Positions 51,253 through 64,000 of a DNA stretch of 64,000 nt are shown here, piece by piece (within the stretch, counting starts at the first letter, position 1; the number at the start of each line of letters is the position of its first letter). This DNA comes from the human T2T-CHM13v2.0 reference genome, Homo sapiens: assembly GCF_009914755.1 (NCBI RefSeq), contig NC_060934.1; one strand, written 5' to 3'. The notes under the pieces were generated by a model. That model saw only the letters and a program-made list of their open reading frames with translations, searched no databases and was not told the DNA's origin. A program made the translations under genes and the position numbers.

Positions 51253-51886
51253 CTGCCCAAAGACCAGGCATGAACCCAGAACACATTCCCACATCTGCCC
51301 AAAGACCAGGCATGAACCCAGAACACATTCCCACATCTGCCCAAAGACCAGGCATGAACCCAGAACACATTCTCACACGTGCCCAAAGACCAGGCATGAA
51401 CCCAGAACACATTCCCACGTCTGCCCAAAGACCAGGCATGAACCCAGAACACATTCCCACGTCTGCCCAAAGACCAGGCATGAACCCAGAACACATTCCC
51501 ACATCTGCCCAAAGACCAGGCATGAACCCAGAACACATTCCCACGTCTGTCCAAAGACCAGGCATGAACCCAGAACACATTCCCACGTCTGCCCAAAGAC
51601 CAGGCATGAACCCGGAACACATTCCCACGTCTGCCCAAAGACCAGGCATGAACCCGGAACACATTCCCACGTCTGTCCAAAGACCAGGCATGAACCCGGA
51701 ACACATTCCCACGTCTGCCCAAAGACCAGGCATGAACCCGGAACACATTCCCACATCTGCCCAAAGACCAGGCATGAACCCGGAACACATTCCCACGTCT
51801 GCCCAAAGACCAGGCATGAACCCAGAACACATTCCCACACCTGCCCAAAGACCAGGCATGAACCCAGAACACATTCCCACACCTGC
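51253..51886. repeat. Highly homogeneous VNTR, 42-bp unit, 15 copies
   Basis: CTGCCCAAAGACCAGGCATGAACCCAGAACACATTCCCACAT. The ORF track shows 15 QRPGMNPEHI repeats. Confidence 0.97.
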
Positions 51887-52486
51887 CTGTGGAGCTCCAC
51901 AAAGAGCTCAACGTCCCCACCCTCAGGAGTCTATATTCTCACCCTGGGAGACTGATGATAAACAATTAACAGATGGAAACACAGAGAAAATTAGCAACAC
52001 TGTAGACTCAAGGAAAACCATATCAATAATGACGCTAACATTCCAATTAAAGAGCAGATATTTTCAGACTGTATTTTTAAAAGCAAGACACCACTATATA
52101 TTTGTAAAAGATGTACTTCCTATTTAAAGACACAGGTTAAAAAGGAAAAGGGTGGAAAATGATACATCATGAAAACACTGATCATACAGTTAGGTGACTA
52201 CATCAAAGCACATTTCAAACAAGGGATATTTGACCAATGTGCAGAGGAACATTTCCTAAAAGGTTTAATCATCAGAAAGATACCAACCCTAAATGTGAAT
52301 GCACCCAACAACAACCCAAAATATGTGGAGCAAAAATAGACAAAATGAAAGGAAGGAACAGACTAACCAACAGACATAGCGATAGATTGCATCATTCCCC
52401 TCTATTATAGACAAGGAACAAAACGCAAAACACTAATGTGAGGAATAAAAGGGCGGAATCACTACAGACATTAAAAGGAAAATATT

Positions 52487-52814
<328 letters not shown>

Positions 52815-53857
52815 TCAACAGCTTAGATGAAATGGACAAAACTCATTCCTTGAAAGACACAAATTATCAAAACTAACACAAAAGAGATGGAAGATCTGAA
52901 TAATCCTTTATCTCCTAAAGAAATTGAGCTCATTATTAAAATCTTCACACAAAGAAAACTCCAGGGTCAAACAGCACCACTGGTGAATGTTAGAAAACAT
53001 TTAATGGAAAAACACCACCAACCTTACACAAACTTTTCCAGAAAATTGAGAAGAGAACACCGCTCAACTCATTTTGTGAGGCCAGCACATGCCTGATGTC
53101 AAAACCAGACAAGGACACTGCAGGAAAGAAAACACAGGCCAATATCCCTAATGAACACAGATGTAAAAATTATTAATGAAATATTGGAAAACTGAATTCA
53201 GGAACACATAAAAACAAATCTAGAAATGAAAGGTTGGTATAATATTCAAAAGTCAATGTAACTTATTACACAAACAAAATAAAGGAGGAAAAATCATCAC
53301 GTCCACAAATACAGAAGAAAAAGCATTTGACAAAATTCAACAACTGTTAATAATTAAAAATATAAAAAACTCAGCAAACTAAGAGGAGAAGGAGATTTCC
53401 TCTACCTGATAAAAAGCACACATGACAAGGCTCAGCCAACATTACAGTAAATAATAAAATGTTGACTGCTTCCCCCTAAGACCAGAAAACAGCAAGGATG
53501 TCTGCTCTCACTTCTACTCATTGTGCTGGAGATCCCAGAGAGTGCAATGAGGCAGAAAGTTTTAAAAGAAAGCAGCGAAATTGTCTTTATTCGCAAATGA
53601 TTTGAGAAACCCTCAAGAATCTAAAAATATGATAATGGAAGTTCTGAGTGAGTTTAAGCAAGGCTGGAGAATACAAAGACAATATAAGCAATAGATTTCA
53701 TTTTTTAAAAAACATAAAATATGTGGGGATAAATTTAACAAAATATCTGCAACATTTGCACACTGAAAGCTAGGAAACGGTGCTGAGAAAAATTAAAGAC
53801 GACCAAAATAAAATGTCCCAACTGCCACAGATTCATAGATTTAAAAAATCAATTTTT

Positions 53858-54416
<559 letters not shown>

Positions 54417-55290
54417 TAAGAGATCCATTCTCCCTGAATTGATCTATAGTTTCAGTGCAATCCCAATGAGTCTCTCCTCCAGAAGAGTACAAATAATACT
54501 AATGAGTAGCAGAAATTTACAAGCTGGGATAAAAGAGCAAATAATCTGAGTAGCCAAAATAATTTTGAGAAAGAACAAAACTGGGGTTTTGCTTCCAAGA
54601 CTTATAAAGCTACAGTAATAAATAGTGTTGAACTGGGGTAAAGACGGCCATACAGGTCAACAGAAAAGAATAATGTTCAGGAATAAACCCACAATTATAA
54701 GCTCTTCCCCCAGCCCAAAAAAAAAGGTGTCAAGGTAATACAATGAGGAAAGGGTAGTCATTTCAGCAAATAGTGCTGGACCATAAAAACATCCAGATTA
54801 TAAAAAGGAGAAGAGTGAGGGAGGGAAGAAGAGGGGAAAAAAATCCTCAACCCTCACCGCATGTGAAACACAAAAATTAACAGCTATAAAACTTCTAGAA
54901 GAAAACACAGGAAAAAATCCTTGTGATCAAGCGCTGGTCGAAGATTTCTTAGAAAGAACACAAAAAGAACAAACCATAAAGGAAGAAATTGATGATATAC
55001 TGAACTTCATCAACATTTAAAACTTCTTTCTCCAAAACCACCATTAAGAACTAAAGAGGAATGAGACAAAGATGCAGAATTGGCTCCTGTGAGCCAGTGT
55101 AGCCAACTCCAGCCCAGAGCTGGACTTCCTGTAAAGGGTCAAGGGCGAGCTTTCTGAGGTGACAGACATATTCTACATCTTTATTGCAGTAGTGGTTAGG
55201 TGACTGTATGCCTTTGTCAAAACTCATTAAATCTCAACCTTAAAATGTGTGAATTTTATGTAAATTAGACTTCAATAAAACTGATATTAA

Positions 55291-56660
55291 AAATTAAACA
55301 TATTCCTATGCACCAGCAATAAAAATTTTTAAATACAACTAAAATAATGCCAGTTACAGTAGCATAAAACAAAAATTACTTGGGGATAAATTTAACAGAT
55401 GTACAAGACTTGTATACTGAAAATGGCAACCCATGCTGAGAGAAATTAAAGAAGACCTCAATAAATGGAGAGATGTACCATGTTCATGGATTGAAAAACT
55501 AATTATTATTAAGATGTCCAGCCTCCCTAAAACTGAGTTATATTTCTAACACAGTCTGAATCAACATCTTGGCAGGCTTCTGTACATATAAATTGACAAG
55601 TTTATATTCAAAATTCATATGGAAATACAGAGGATCCACAATTGCTGAAACAATTTTGGGAAATGAACTAAGTTGGTGGACATAAAAATCTCATTTAAAG
55701 ATTTACTATAAAGCTACAATAATCAAGACAGTGTGTTACTGGCAACAAGAAAGATAAAAAAAAATAGACCCAAACATACTGGTTTTTGACAAAAGCACGA
55801 AGGTAATCCAATGGGGAAAGCTAAGTCTCTTCAATGAATGATGCTGGAGTAAATGGATATCCACATGGAAAAATGAACCTCTACCCCCATTTCACACTGT
55901 GCACAAAAATTAATTTTAAATGTATCTTAGACCTAAACTTGACTTTAGGATAGACAAAGATTTCTTAGAGGAGACACAGACTACTCATCAAAAGAGACCG
56001 CTGAGAAAATGAATGGTTGAGCCATAAACTGGAAGAAAACACAGTGCATCTGTCCACCAAAGGACTTGAATACAGAATCGTTAAACTCCTACAACTTAAT
56101 AAAACACACACATAAATGGGCTAAAGAATTGCACAGACACTTCACAAAGTAAGCCACACAAATGACTGTCTCAGTCAGTTCAGGCTACTATAACAGATTG
56201 CCATAGACCTGATTCCTCAAACAACAGAGATTTATTTCTTACAGCTGTAAAGGCTGGGAAGTGTAAGATCAAAGCACCGGAAGACTCAGTGTCTGGTGAG
56301 GGCCCACTTCTCGGCTCCTAAACAGCTGTCTTCTCTCCATGTTCTCACAGGGTAGAAAGGTGGTGACAGAGCCCTCTGGGGTCCCTTGTTATAAAGGCAT
56401 TAATCCCCTTCAAAAGGGTTCCACCCTTATCACCTAAGTACCTCCCAAAGGCCCTAGGTCCTAATACTGTCACTCTGGAGGGTGGATCTCAACATATGTA
56501 TGTGGGTGGGGACACAAACATTCGGTCCACTCCAATGTTCAATAAGCACATGAAAGAGTCGTGAATATCATCAGTCATCAGGAAAATGCAAATGTTCCTA
56601 ATATCAAAACTTATCACATCACGTTTGGAAATGCCCATTATTTGCCAACCTCAGATGCAT
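55291..56660 (+). mobile_element. Second old L1M ORF2 fragment, interrupted by an MLT1A LTR
   Basis: GGGATAAATTTAACA...GAAATTAAAGAAGACCT.AATAAATGGAGAGATGTACCATGTTCATGGATTG. It covers the same ORF2 region already seen near 53726, so it is a separate copy. Confidence 0.85.
56167..56534 (-). mobile_element. MaLR solo LTR (MLT1A/MLT1A0-like)
   Basis: TGTCTCAGTCAGTTCAGGCTACTATAACA...GGCTGGGAAGT.TAAGATCAA...GTGTCTGGTGAGGGCC...ACCTCCCAAAGGCCC...GGGGACACAAACATTC. Confidence 0.9.
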
Positions 56661-56937
56661 AATTTTCTTGAAAACCGTATGGTCATCCAACAGCAATCCG
56701 ATTTGGCCACACCTGCCAAAGAGATTCTGCTGTGTCTCCAAGATACCAGCCGGCCACCCTATGGCCAGCAGATGCCTCCACCATAGACCCCAAGAAGAAC
56801 CCCGGGACCCAGCCAGAAAGGAGAGCAGGGCTGGGCCATGCCTCCCCGCTGGACACCGCAGTACACTCCCTAAGGGAGACACAGCTTTGTGCAACACTCA
56901 TGGTCAAAACGCCCAACCTCCATGTGCCCAGCTCCCT

Positions 56938-57065
56938 TCCACATTGACTCATTCACTTTCTCTTTCTACCCAGTTAAGTTAAATCTAAGCATTTATTGAG
57001 CACTTACATGTGCAAGACCATATGGAGTCCAGAGCGAACATAACCCGGCCCCTGCCCACATGGCT
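56938..57065 (-). mobile_element. L2 3' end fragment
   Basis: CTCATTCA...AAGCATTTATTGAGCACTTACATGTGCAAG. Confidence 0.65.
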
Positions 57066-57396
57066 TTCTCAGCAACAGACAGAAACGTGTTCTTGCAGCA
57101 GGTAGCACCTAGAGAGGATGCGATTACTGTGCACATGTGTGTATGCATGCACGCTCATAGGAGAGTGACATCTCCAAACTCAAAGCCAGATCCTCTTGGC
57201 CAGATCATCTGACTGTTCTGACGTTTATGAGGATGGATTCCAAGAGACCCCTAAGAAGCTAAGGTCCCCAGGACTACCCAGGAAGATGCCAAGACCAAGC
57301 CAGTGTCCAGCATGCTGTGTCCTGAGGCATCCCCCTGACCACAGCCCTGGGGCGCTGGACATTGCTGCCCTGAGGGCCCAAGGCTCTACTGCTGTT

Positions 57397-57578
57397 CACA
57401 GGGCCACCACATCCAGGGCCATCATACCCAAGGCCACCACATCCAGGGCCATCATGCCCAGGGCTACCATGCTCGAGGGCACCCAACCAGGGCCACCACA
57501 CCCAGACCCACCAAGCCCAGGGCCACCATGTCCAGGGATACCCATCCAGACCCACCACACCCAGGGCCACATCCAGGG
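57397..57578. repeat. Degenerate 15-bp tandem repeat (CAGGGCCACCACATC-like)
   Basis: Direct reading. Confidence 0.8.
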
Positions 57579-59004
57579 CAACCCAAGGGAAACACGGCAG
57601 GAGAGGCACAGCCAGTCTTCCACCGGCTTCCGCTGCCTTGGCTCTCCCCTGCCTCCCTTCCGGCTCTCTCCTGCATTCGATAACAGCCCTCATGGCTGTG
57701 GGACCTCACTGTTTGTATGTTGAAAACACAAAATCAACACAGCCACTGCACATAGAAGAGAAGAAACCACCGGAGGGCAAATGTAATTAATGGAAATTTT
57801 CTGAACCTTCCAATTAGCTCGGCGGTGGCTGAGCTGGCTTGCGCTCTCTGGAGCATTGCCGTTTCTTAATTAAAGGAATGTGAGTTCATTTTGGCACAGG
57901 TTTCCTGCGATCCACTGCACTGGGCCCCTGGACAGGCCACACAGGTCCACAGGAAGGACAGGCTCCACTGGCTGTGGGTGACCCTGTCCCCTTGGATGTT
58001 CTCGATCTGAGATGTATGTCATCCTTGTGAGGATGAGGCTCTGCTTTCTGAGGACCCAGGAGCCCTGTGGACACCTCCTCGTGGCCTTGGAAGAAAGAAG
58101 TCCATGGTCAAGCTGTGCCAAAGAAAGCCTAGAGGCACGGTCACCTGCAGAGCCCAGGCCACCTAGTGGGAAGAAGGGCTGTGCCCACGAGATGCCAGCC
58201 CGCCCAATGGAGTTGGGCCTGGAGCCTTCCAGAGTGCCCCTCTGCAAGTCTGAGTTTAGAATCACACCAGGTACCATCCTTCACGCATCCAGACTCCTGT
58301 ATGAACGCTGAGGCTGAGCTATGCCAGGCTTCAAGCAGAGCCATGGGGCTCATGAAACAGGCCTCGAGAGAGAACCTTCAGGTCCCAGAGACCCCATCCC
58401 CCCCACCCTAGCTCTGACCTGCCTGCCGTCCTGCACTGAAGACCCTCAGGCTGCAGAGCTGAAGGACACAGACCACATGGCCTCCATGTCCACCTGTGTG
58501 CACAAGATGGCCATTCCTAACCTCCTGCCCTGGCAAGCCTGATGCTGACAGCGAGAGGTGGTGTGTCTCCCCTCTCAGACACCAGTGGGGAGCGGGGAAG
58601 AAGAGCATTGCAGTGAGGTCCACATACGGCCCAGCCTTCACTTCCCACCGTTGCACTGACCTCTCTAGACCTGGAGGCTTCCCCTGCAGGGGCCCAAGGC
58701 TCCTACAGGGACTGAGCACCTCCCAGGACTGGCCTCAGACCCCAGTCAGCACTGGGCCTCAACACTTCAGCTACTCTCTAAAGTCAAGAAGAGCAAGGAC
58801 ATTGGAGGCAGACTGCCACCCTGGACATCCAGTGCCAACATAAGCACCTCCACGAGGAGTAGACAGCCAGTGCAGCACACTCTGAGCCCAGGAGCCCAAG
58901 CCCAGCCCTCACAAGCACCCCCAGGACCATGCGTCAGCCAGACAGGGTCCCCTCACTGCCACCAAGGGCCTGGGTATCGGCCTCGGCCTCTCCATCCGGG
59001 CACT

Positions 59005-59285
59005 CAATGCTCACACACTCACCACATGCATATTGATACCCACACTCTCTCACCCAGTCACACACTCATCCACACTCAGTCTGACGGATTCATCCACACA
59101 CTCATACACACGTAAACAATTCATGCATGCACACACATTCACACATGCTCAGGCACACATAAACACATGCATACATGCACACGCATGCACACACTCACAT
59201 GCTCATGCACACACATTCATATATTCATGCTTGCACACATGCTTCCATATTCATGCACTCCCATGCTTGTGCTCATACCCATACA
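59005..59285. repeat. CA/CATG-rich low-complexity tract
   Basis: Direct reading. Confidence 0.8.
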
Positions 59286-60639
59286 GGCTAATCCACAGAT
59301 TCCCGGTGCCAGCCCAGGTGCTCTGAGGGGCACCCAACGCAAGACCCCCACCCAAAGCAGGCCCTGGAATTATCGAAAAAAAGACACCAGACCCTGGGAA
59401 GCCACTCTCAGAGGCCTGGCTGACACCATCCCCTGGAGCTCTTCTATAAGAAAGGTGTGAGGGAGGGCATCAGATTGCCAACCTCTCACCCTCTGGAGAT
59501 GGCACCCAAGCCCCGCGACGACCCGCTGCCGGTCCCTCCCTGGTCCCTCCCCCCTCCCTTCCCCATGCAGACGTCCTCCTCCTGACTCGGTGGGTGCTCA
59601 CCTGCTCCAGTGCTGCAAGTCACTCAGGACACAAGACTGAGCCAAGGAGATGAAACCTGCCCCACGCAACGTGCAGGGCAAGAGGCTGACCCAGAGGTGA
59701 GCAGCGAACGGCAAACATCAGCAAGCGGGGAGCACGGCACGTGCGGGGCGGTCAGTGCAGCGCGTGCATGCGTGCGGGGAGGGCAGCGCTGGGGAAGAGC
59801 CAAGAGAGGCCTGGGGCCAGGGGGCTGGGGCAGGACTTAGAGTGGGCCTGGCTGAGAGGAGGATGGAGTGGCCATCGCTACTCTCACGGTCCCTCCACCC
59901 AGGCCTGGCGCCTGGCGGGCTCCCCTCCTGGCTCTGAGATGGCCCAGGGCCAAGCGACTGTCCTGGCCAGCAAGCTGTGAGCCACTCTCAGGCCAGGGAA
60001 GGCAATTCTTCGCCAGCAAAAGACATCTCAGAACACTCCTTCTCCCACTCCAGCCCCTGGTGGCTGCACCTTCACACAGGCCAGTGTGACAGTGAGCCAA
60101 GCCCTCCCTTGGACTCATGGGGACACAGGGCAGGCGGCAGAATGAAGGCCCTGTCATCCTTAGCCACTGGCTTGGGGTGGGCGTTACTGCAGAGCGTCTG
60201 CCACCCAGACTGGGCCAGGGGAGCAAGGCAGCCGGCCAGGCACACGGAGGGTGCCGTGGGCAGAGCTCTTTTAAGAAGCAGCAGTCAGGCCGGCTACAGC
60301 AGAGGGAACGCAGGGCAGGCAGGGCCAGAGTGGGGGTGGGGAGATCACACAGCCAGGCACGTGGTGAGCCTCGGCCTGAAGAACAGAGCCAGGAGCCCAG
60401 CAGGTGGGAGGTCCAGCAGACTGGGCCACACCAGCCACTGCCTGGGGAATGGGGGTGGGGACAGCCCCGAGGAAGCCCTACCAGAGCTGGGGCAGAGCCT
60501 GCTCCGGGGACGCAGAAGGAGCCAGGGCACAGGGGGCCCTTCAGAGGGTAGAGCCAAGAGAACACCTGACGGTCACAGGCACGAGGGAAGGGGCCCCCGA
60601 GGGAGCTCAGAGGTGGGCACAGGCAGGGGCCTTCAGGCG

Positions 60640-61130
60640 GGGCCAGCATGGGGGCATCAGGACTCGCATTTGAACCTGCGGAACTGAGACACTCGAGTGG
60701 CAATGTCGAGTCGGAGGGTGGACGGAAAAGCCTGGAATGTGGGAAACAGGTCCCAGCTGGAGACAGGAATTGGGAGTCGCTGCCATATAGGTGGTATTTG
60801 AACCATGAGATCACCAGCGTGTGGGTGGAGCGGGAGGTGAAAGAGCCCCAGCACGGCAGAGTCAGAGTCAGAGACGAGGAGGATCCGCCAAGGAGGCCAT
60901 GGAGCAGGCACGGGGAAGAGGGTTGGGGATCAGGAGTGTCAGACCCTGCCATAGGTCGAGGCCAAGGAAGGCTGGGAACAGAGCACAGCCACAGGGAGGG
61001 GCCCGCCCCAAGGCATCTTTGGGGCAGGTGGGGCAGATTCCAGCTCCAGCGGGTTTTGGGAGAACTGGAGGGGAGGCCTGCAGACGGCAGGGAGTGAGTG
61101 AGTTTGAGTTTTGCTGAAAATGGAGGGCTG
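60640..61130 (-). mobile_element. L2 LINE fragment including a decayed reverse-transcriptase active-site region
   Basis: The minus strand near 60772-60815 encodes FKYHLYGSDSQ, matching the L2 RT motif FKYHLYADDSQ. Confidence 0.78.
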
Positions 61131-61859
61131 AGAAATAGGGCTGTGGGCTGACACTTTCGTAGCACAGGAAATAAAGCATGTTGCTTATTCACTCAACAGC
61201 CACACACCAAACGCCATCTGATGCCTGGCGCCCTTCTCCACTCTCGGGACACGAACATGCATGGCTCACTCTTAGCCCCTCGGGAGCTCCAGCTAGTTGT
61301 GTACACAGCTATCAGCCATTGACCTCGCACCATCTACAGCCAACAGCTCAGCCTCTGATCCAGGCATGGGTCAGTGCACCAGCCCCCGACCCAGGGCCAG
61401 CACCATGGACAGCTCTTCCCCCCAGAGCCCCGGGTTCTGTATTCCAGAGCCCTGCAGTGACTTCCGTCCCCTTCCCCGGAAGTCCTGACCACGGAGACAG
61501 GCCACAGGTCCTGCAGCTGCCACGTGTGGTGGCTTTGTTTCATCGTGATCTGTCCTGCCTGTGTATGACACGGGTAAATCATGTGTGGTCCACAAGGGAA
61601 CACTGAGGCCCGGCCAGCAGAGCCAGGACAGCTCCAGATGTCAGCGGCCTCTGCCCCTCTCGGTGTGGACTGTGCCACTTCAGTAAACCCAGAGAAACAG
61701 CCTCCAAAGGAGGCCTGTCAATTCACACGCCCACCGGCAGTGCACAGAGCAGGTGCACGGAAAACACGTTAAGCTGAGCAAACAAAGTGACAGGAAAAGC
61801 TAAGAGTCTTAAGCCGGCAGTGACACCATGGGCTTCGTACTTTAAAAAGATCACTGTCC

Positions 61860-63173
61860 CCCCAGAGCAAGGAGCACAATGGGACCCAGAGCTCAGTGTC
61901 TAACACCATCCTCCTAACAAAGAAACCAGGGCTCCTTGGAGAAATGGCCAGTTCTAGGGCTGGGTAAGGAAACACACGGGGTGAGCCTGCAGCATCGTGC
62001 AGTGCCCGAATGTGAGAAAGTGATCAGAAACTCACAAGAGCAACAACGAAAGCACCGAAGAAGGGGTGTTGAAGGAGCCAGGGCAAAGGACAGCTCCCAG
62101 TGGCCAGACTGGGACGGGGTGACCAAGAAATTAAAGCAGTGACGAATTACAACCAGCGTGTAAAATCAGCACCCATGAGTCTACAGTGATATCAATGACG
62201 GGGTAACAGAATTAACGCAAGGAAGAGACAAATCTACACAGAAGAATTCCAGGCCGGGCGCAGTGGCTCACGCTTGTAATCCCAGCACTTCGGGGGGCCG
62301 AGGAGGGCGGATCACGAGGTCAGGAGTTTGAGACCAGCATGGCCGACATGGCGAAACTCTGTCTCGACTAAAAATACAAAAATTAGTTGGGTGTGGTGGC
62401 GCACGCCTGTAATCCCAGCTACTCGGGAGGCTGAGGAAAAAGAATCGCTTGAACCCAGAGGCGGAGGCTGCAGTGAGCCGAGGTTGTGCCACTGCACTCC
62501 AGCCCGGGCGACGGAGCAAGATTCCATCTTAAAAAAAAAAAGAATTCTGAATAACGTATATAGATAAGCCCCCTTGATGAGGGGACCATAACTACCCCCA
62601 CACCCGGTGTGGGCTGCATATGGTGCCATCCTGCCAGGGAGGACAGTGTGGAAAAGGGGGAAAGGGGACGTCATGGTGGAGACACCTCACCAGTGACAGG
62701 GCCAGCATCGGCAGGAAGGTGTGTGGACAGCGTGTAATCTCGTATGACATCATGAGAATGGCATTTACCTCCGTGGTCTTCCTCCCAAAGGCCCATAATC
62801 CTGAGAGAAACATCAAATGAATCCCAGTTAAAGGACATTTTACAACACAGCTGACCAGTGTCCAAACTGTCAAGGTCATAAAAAGCAAGTTTGAGAAACG
62901 GTCACAGCACGGAGTAGACTAAGGCGCCAGGAGACTCATGTAACACGGGATCTTGGGACAGATAAGTGACACCGGGGAACAACTGAGGAGATCTGAACCC
63001 AGTGTGGACTTCAGTTCACAACGAGGTATCGATACGGGTCCTCTAGTTACGACAAATGTACCCGGTTAATGCCAGACGGTGACGTGAGGGGAAACTGCTT
63101 CTGGGGAACAAGGGAACTCTCTGTATCAGCTTCACAACTTTTCTATAAATCTAAACTATCCTGAAATTTAAAA
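61860..63173 (+). mobile_element. L1MC-type (L1MC3-like) long 3' UTR with a nested Alu
   Basis: AAAGAAACCAGGGCTCCTTGGAGAAATGGC, ACCTCCGTGGTCTTCCTCCCAAA, AAACTGTCAAGGTCAT and terminal CAACTTTTCTATAAATCTAAACTAT. Confidence 0.82.
62252..62541 (+). mobile_element. AluS (AluSg-like)
   Basis: Dimeric Alu with GGATCACGAGGTCAGGAGTTTGAGACCAGC. TSD AAGAATTC. Confidence 0.95.
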
Positions 63174-64000
63174 GGCCACATAGATTTTGCATGTTTTCCA
63201 GTACGAACTGGGAGGTCATGTGAAAAACTACAAATGGTTGTTTATCAGTGCTGACATGACACAAGATGCTGGATTTCTTAATTTTTTTCTCGTCACTTTC
63301 ATTATATAATAAAAAGCTATAAAGGAAGAAAGAGATCGTCCTGGCACAGCATCTGGTGGTTAGACCGGGCAACCACACAATTGATCATCCAAACCAGGCC
63401 ACTTGGAGACAGAAAGGGGCCGCTGTGAGGAATGGCACCGATCAGCAGGCAGGAAGCAGATGTCCCAGGCGACCCCGGGGCATGGTGGCCACAGAGGCAG
63501 GACTCGCAGGCCCGCACCCTCTGGGACGCCGAAAGCCTCTGCGGCTCTGGAAAGGAGTGTCAGGGCCAGTGGGGAGACCACGGCAGGGGGTGCAGGGAAG
63601 GAGAGGCAGCCCAGAGACAGGGAGGCGGACATCGCCACAGACAGAGGCCAAGGCCTGGGCACAGCTCTGCCCAGTGTCCTCTCCTGCCACTGACTCACCA
63701 CCCCTTTCACCTTTTGTTTCCTTGTGGTGCCCGAGCAGGTGCAGCTTCTGGGCGGGTGACAGTCACGGCTTAGGCCCCTTCCTTCCTGCGCCTCTGGCTG
63801 CTGTGGCTCTGGGGAAGGGGCACCAGGACCCAATGACAGAGGACTCCCCTCCTGCTTGGCTCCCACCCCACACCCTCTGCAGGACATGCCCCGGCCCCTC
63901 CTCCGTGGCCATCCCCAGCGTGTCCAGGGCAGCCAGTCCTCGCTGCCACCCCACCGGTGCCTCCGCCCCCGCTGCCAGCAGACCCCGAAGATCCACCGAA

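Noticed and set aside
50627-52127. 417, 318, 261 and 249 aa repetitive ORFs as mucin-like proteins
   Set aside because: They are translations of the 42-bp and G-rich VNTRs, open in several frames on both strands.

Overview
This is primate (human-like), GC-rich, VNTR-dense genomic DNA with Alu, L1, L2 and LTR repeats, and it is almost entirely intronic. The only coding sequence I can support is a 56-bp internal exon on the minus strand (12724-12779), which the ORF track misses. It encodes (V)[18 protein letters not shown], the start of an STK32/YANK kinase domain with its Gly-rich loop. The best fit is STK32C exon 2: STK32B shares the peptide, but the subtelomeric-type context favours STK32C. 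The flanking introns hold 13 Alus (12 antisense to the gene), several old L1, L2 and LTR fossils, and more than 12 tandem repeats. The long ORFs in the track are repeat artefacts. I found no evidence for a wholly new gene system. The strongest leads are: (1) a ~1.55-kb minisatellite grown inside an Alu monomer, forming an array of metal-response-element-like motifs; (2) a candidate internal promoter/first exon that splices in frame to the kinase exon; (3) a candidate poison exon just downstream of the kinase exon; (4) repeat arrays that give dense RBFOX, NOVA and hnRNP L motifs in the pre-mRNA; (5) an abutting inverted Alu pair. Repeat subfamily names come from recalled consensus resemblance, not from a database search.
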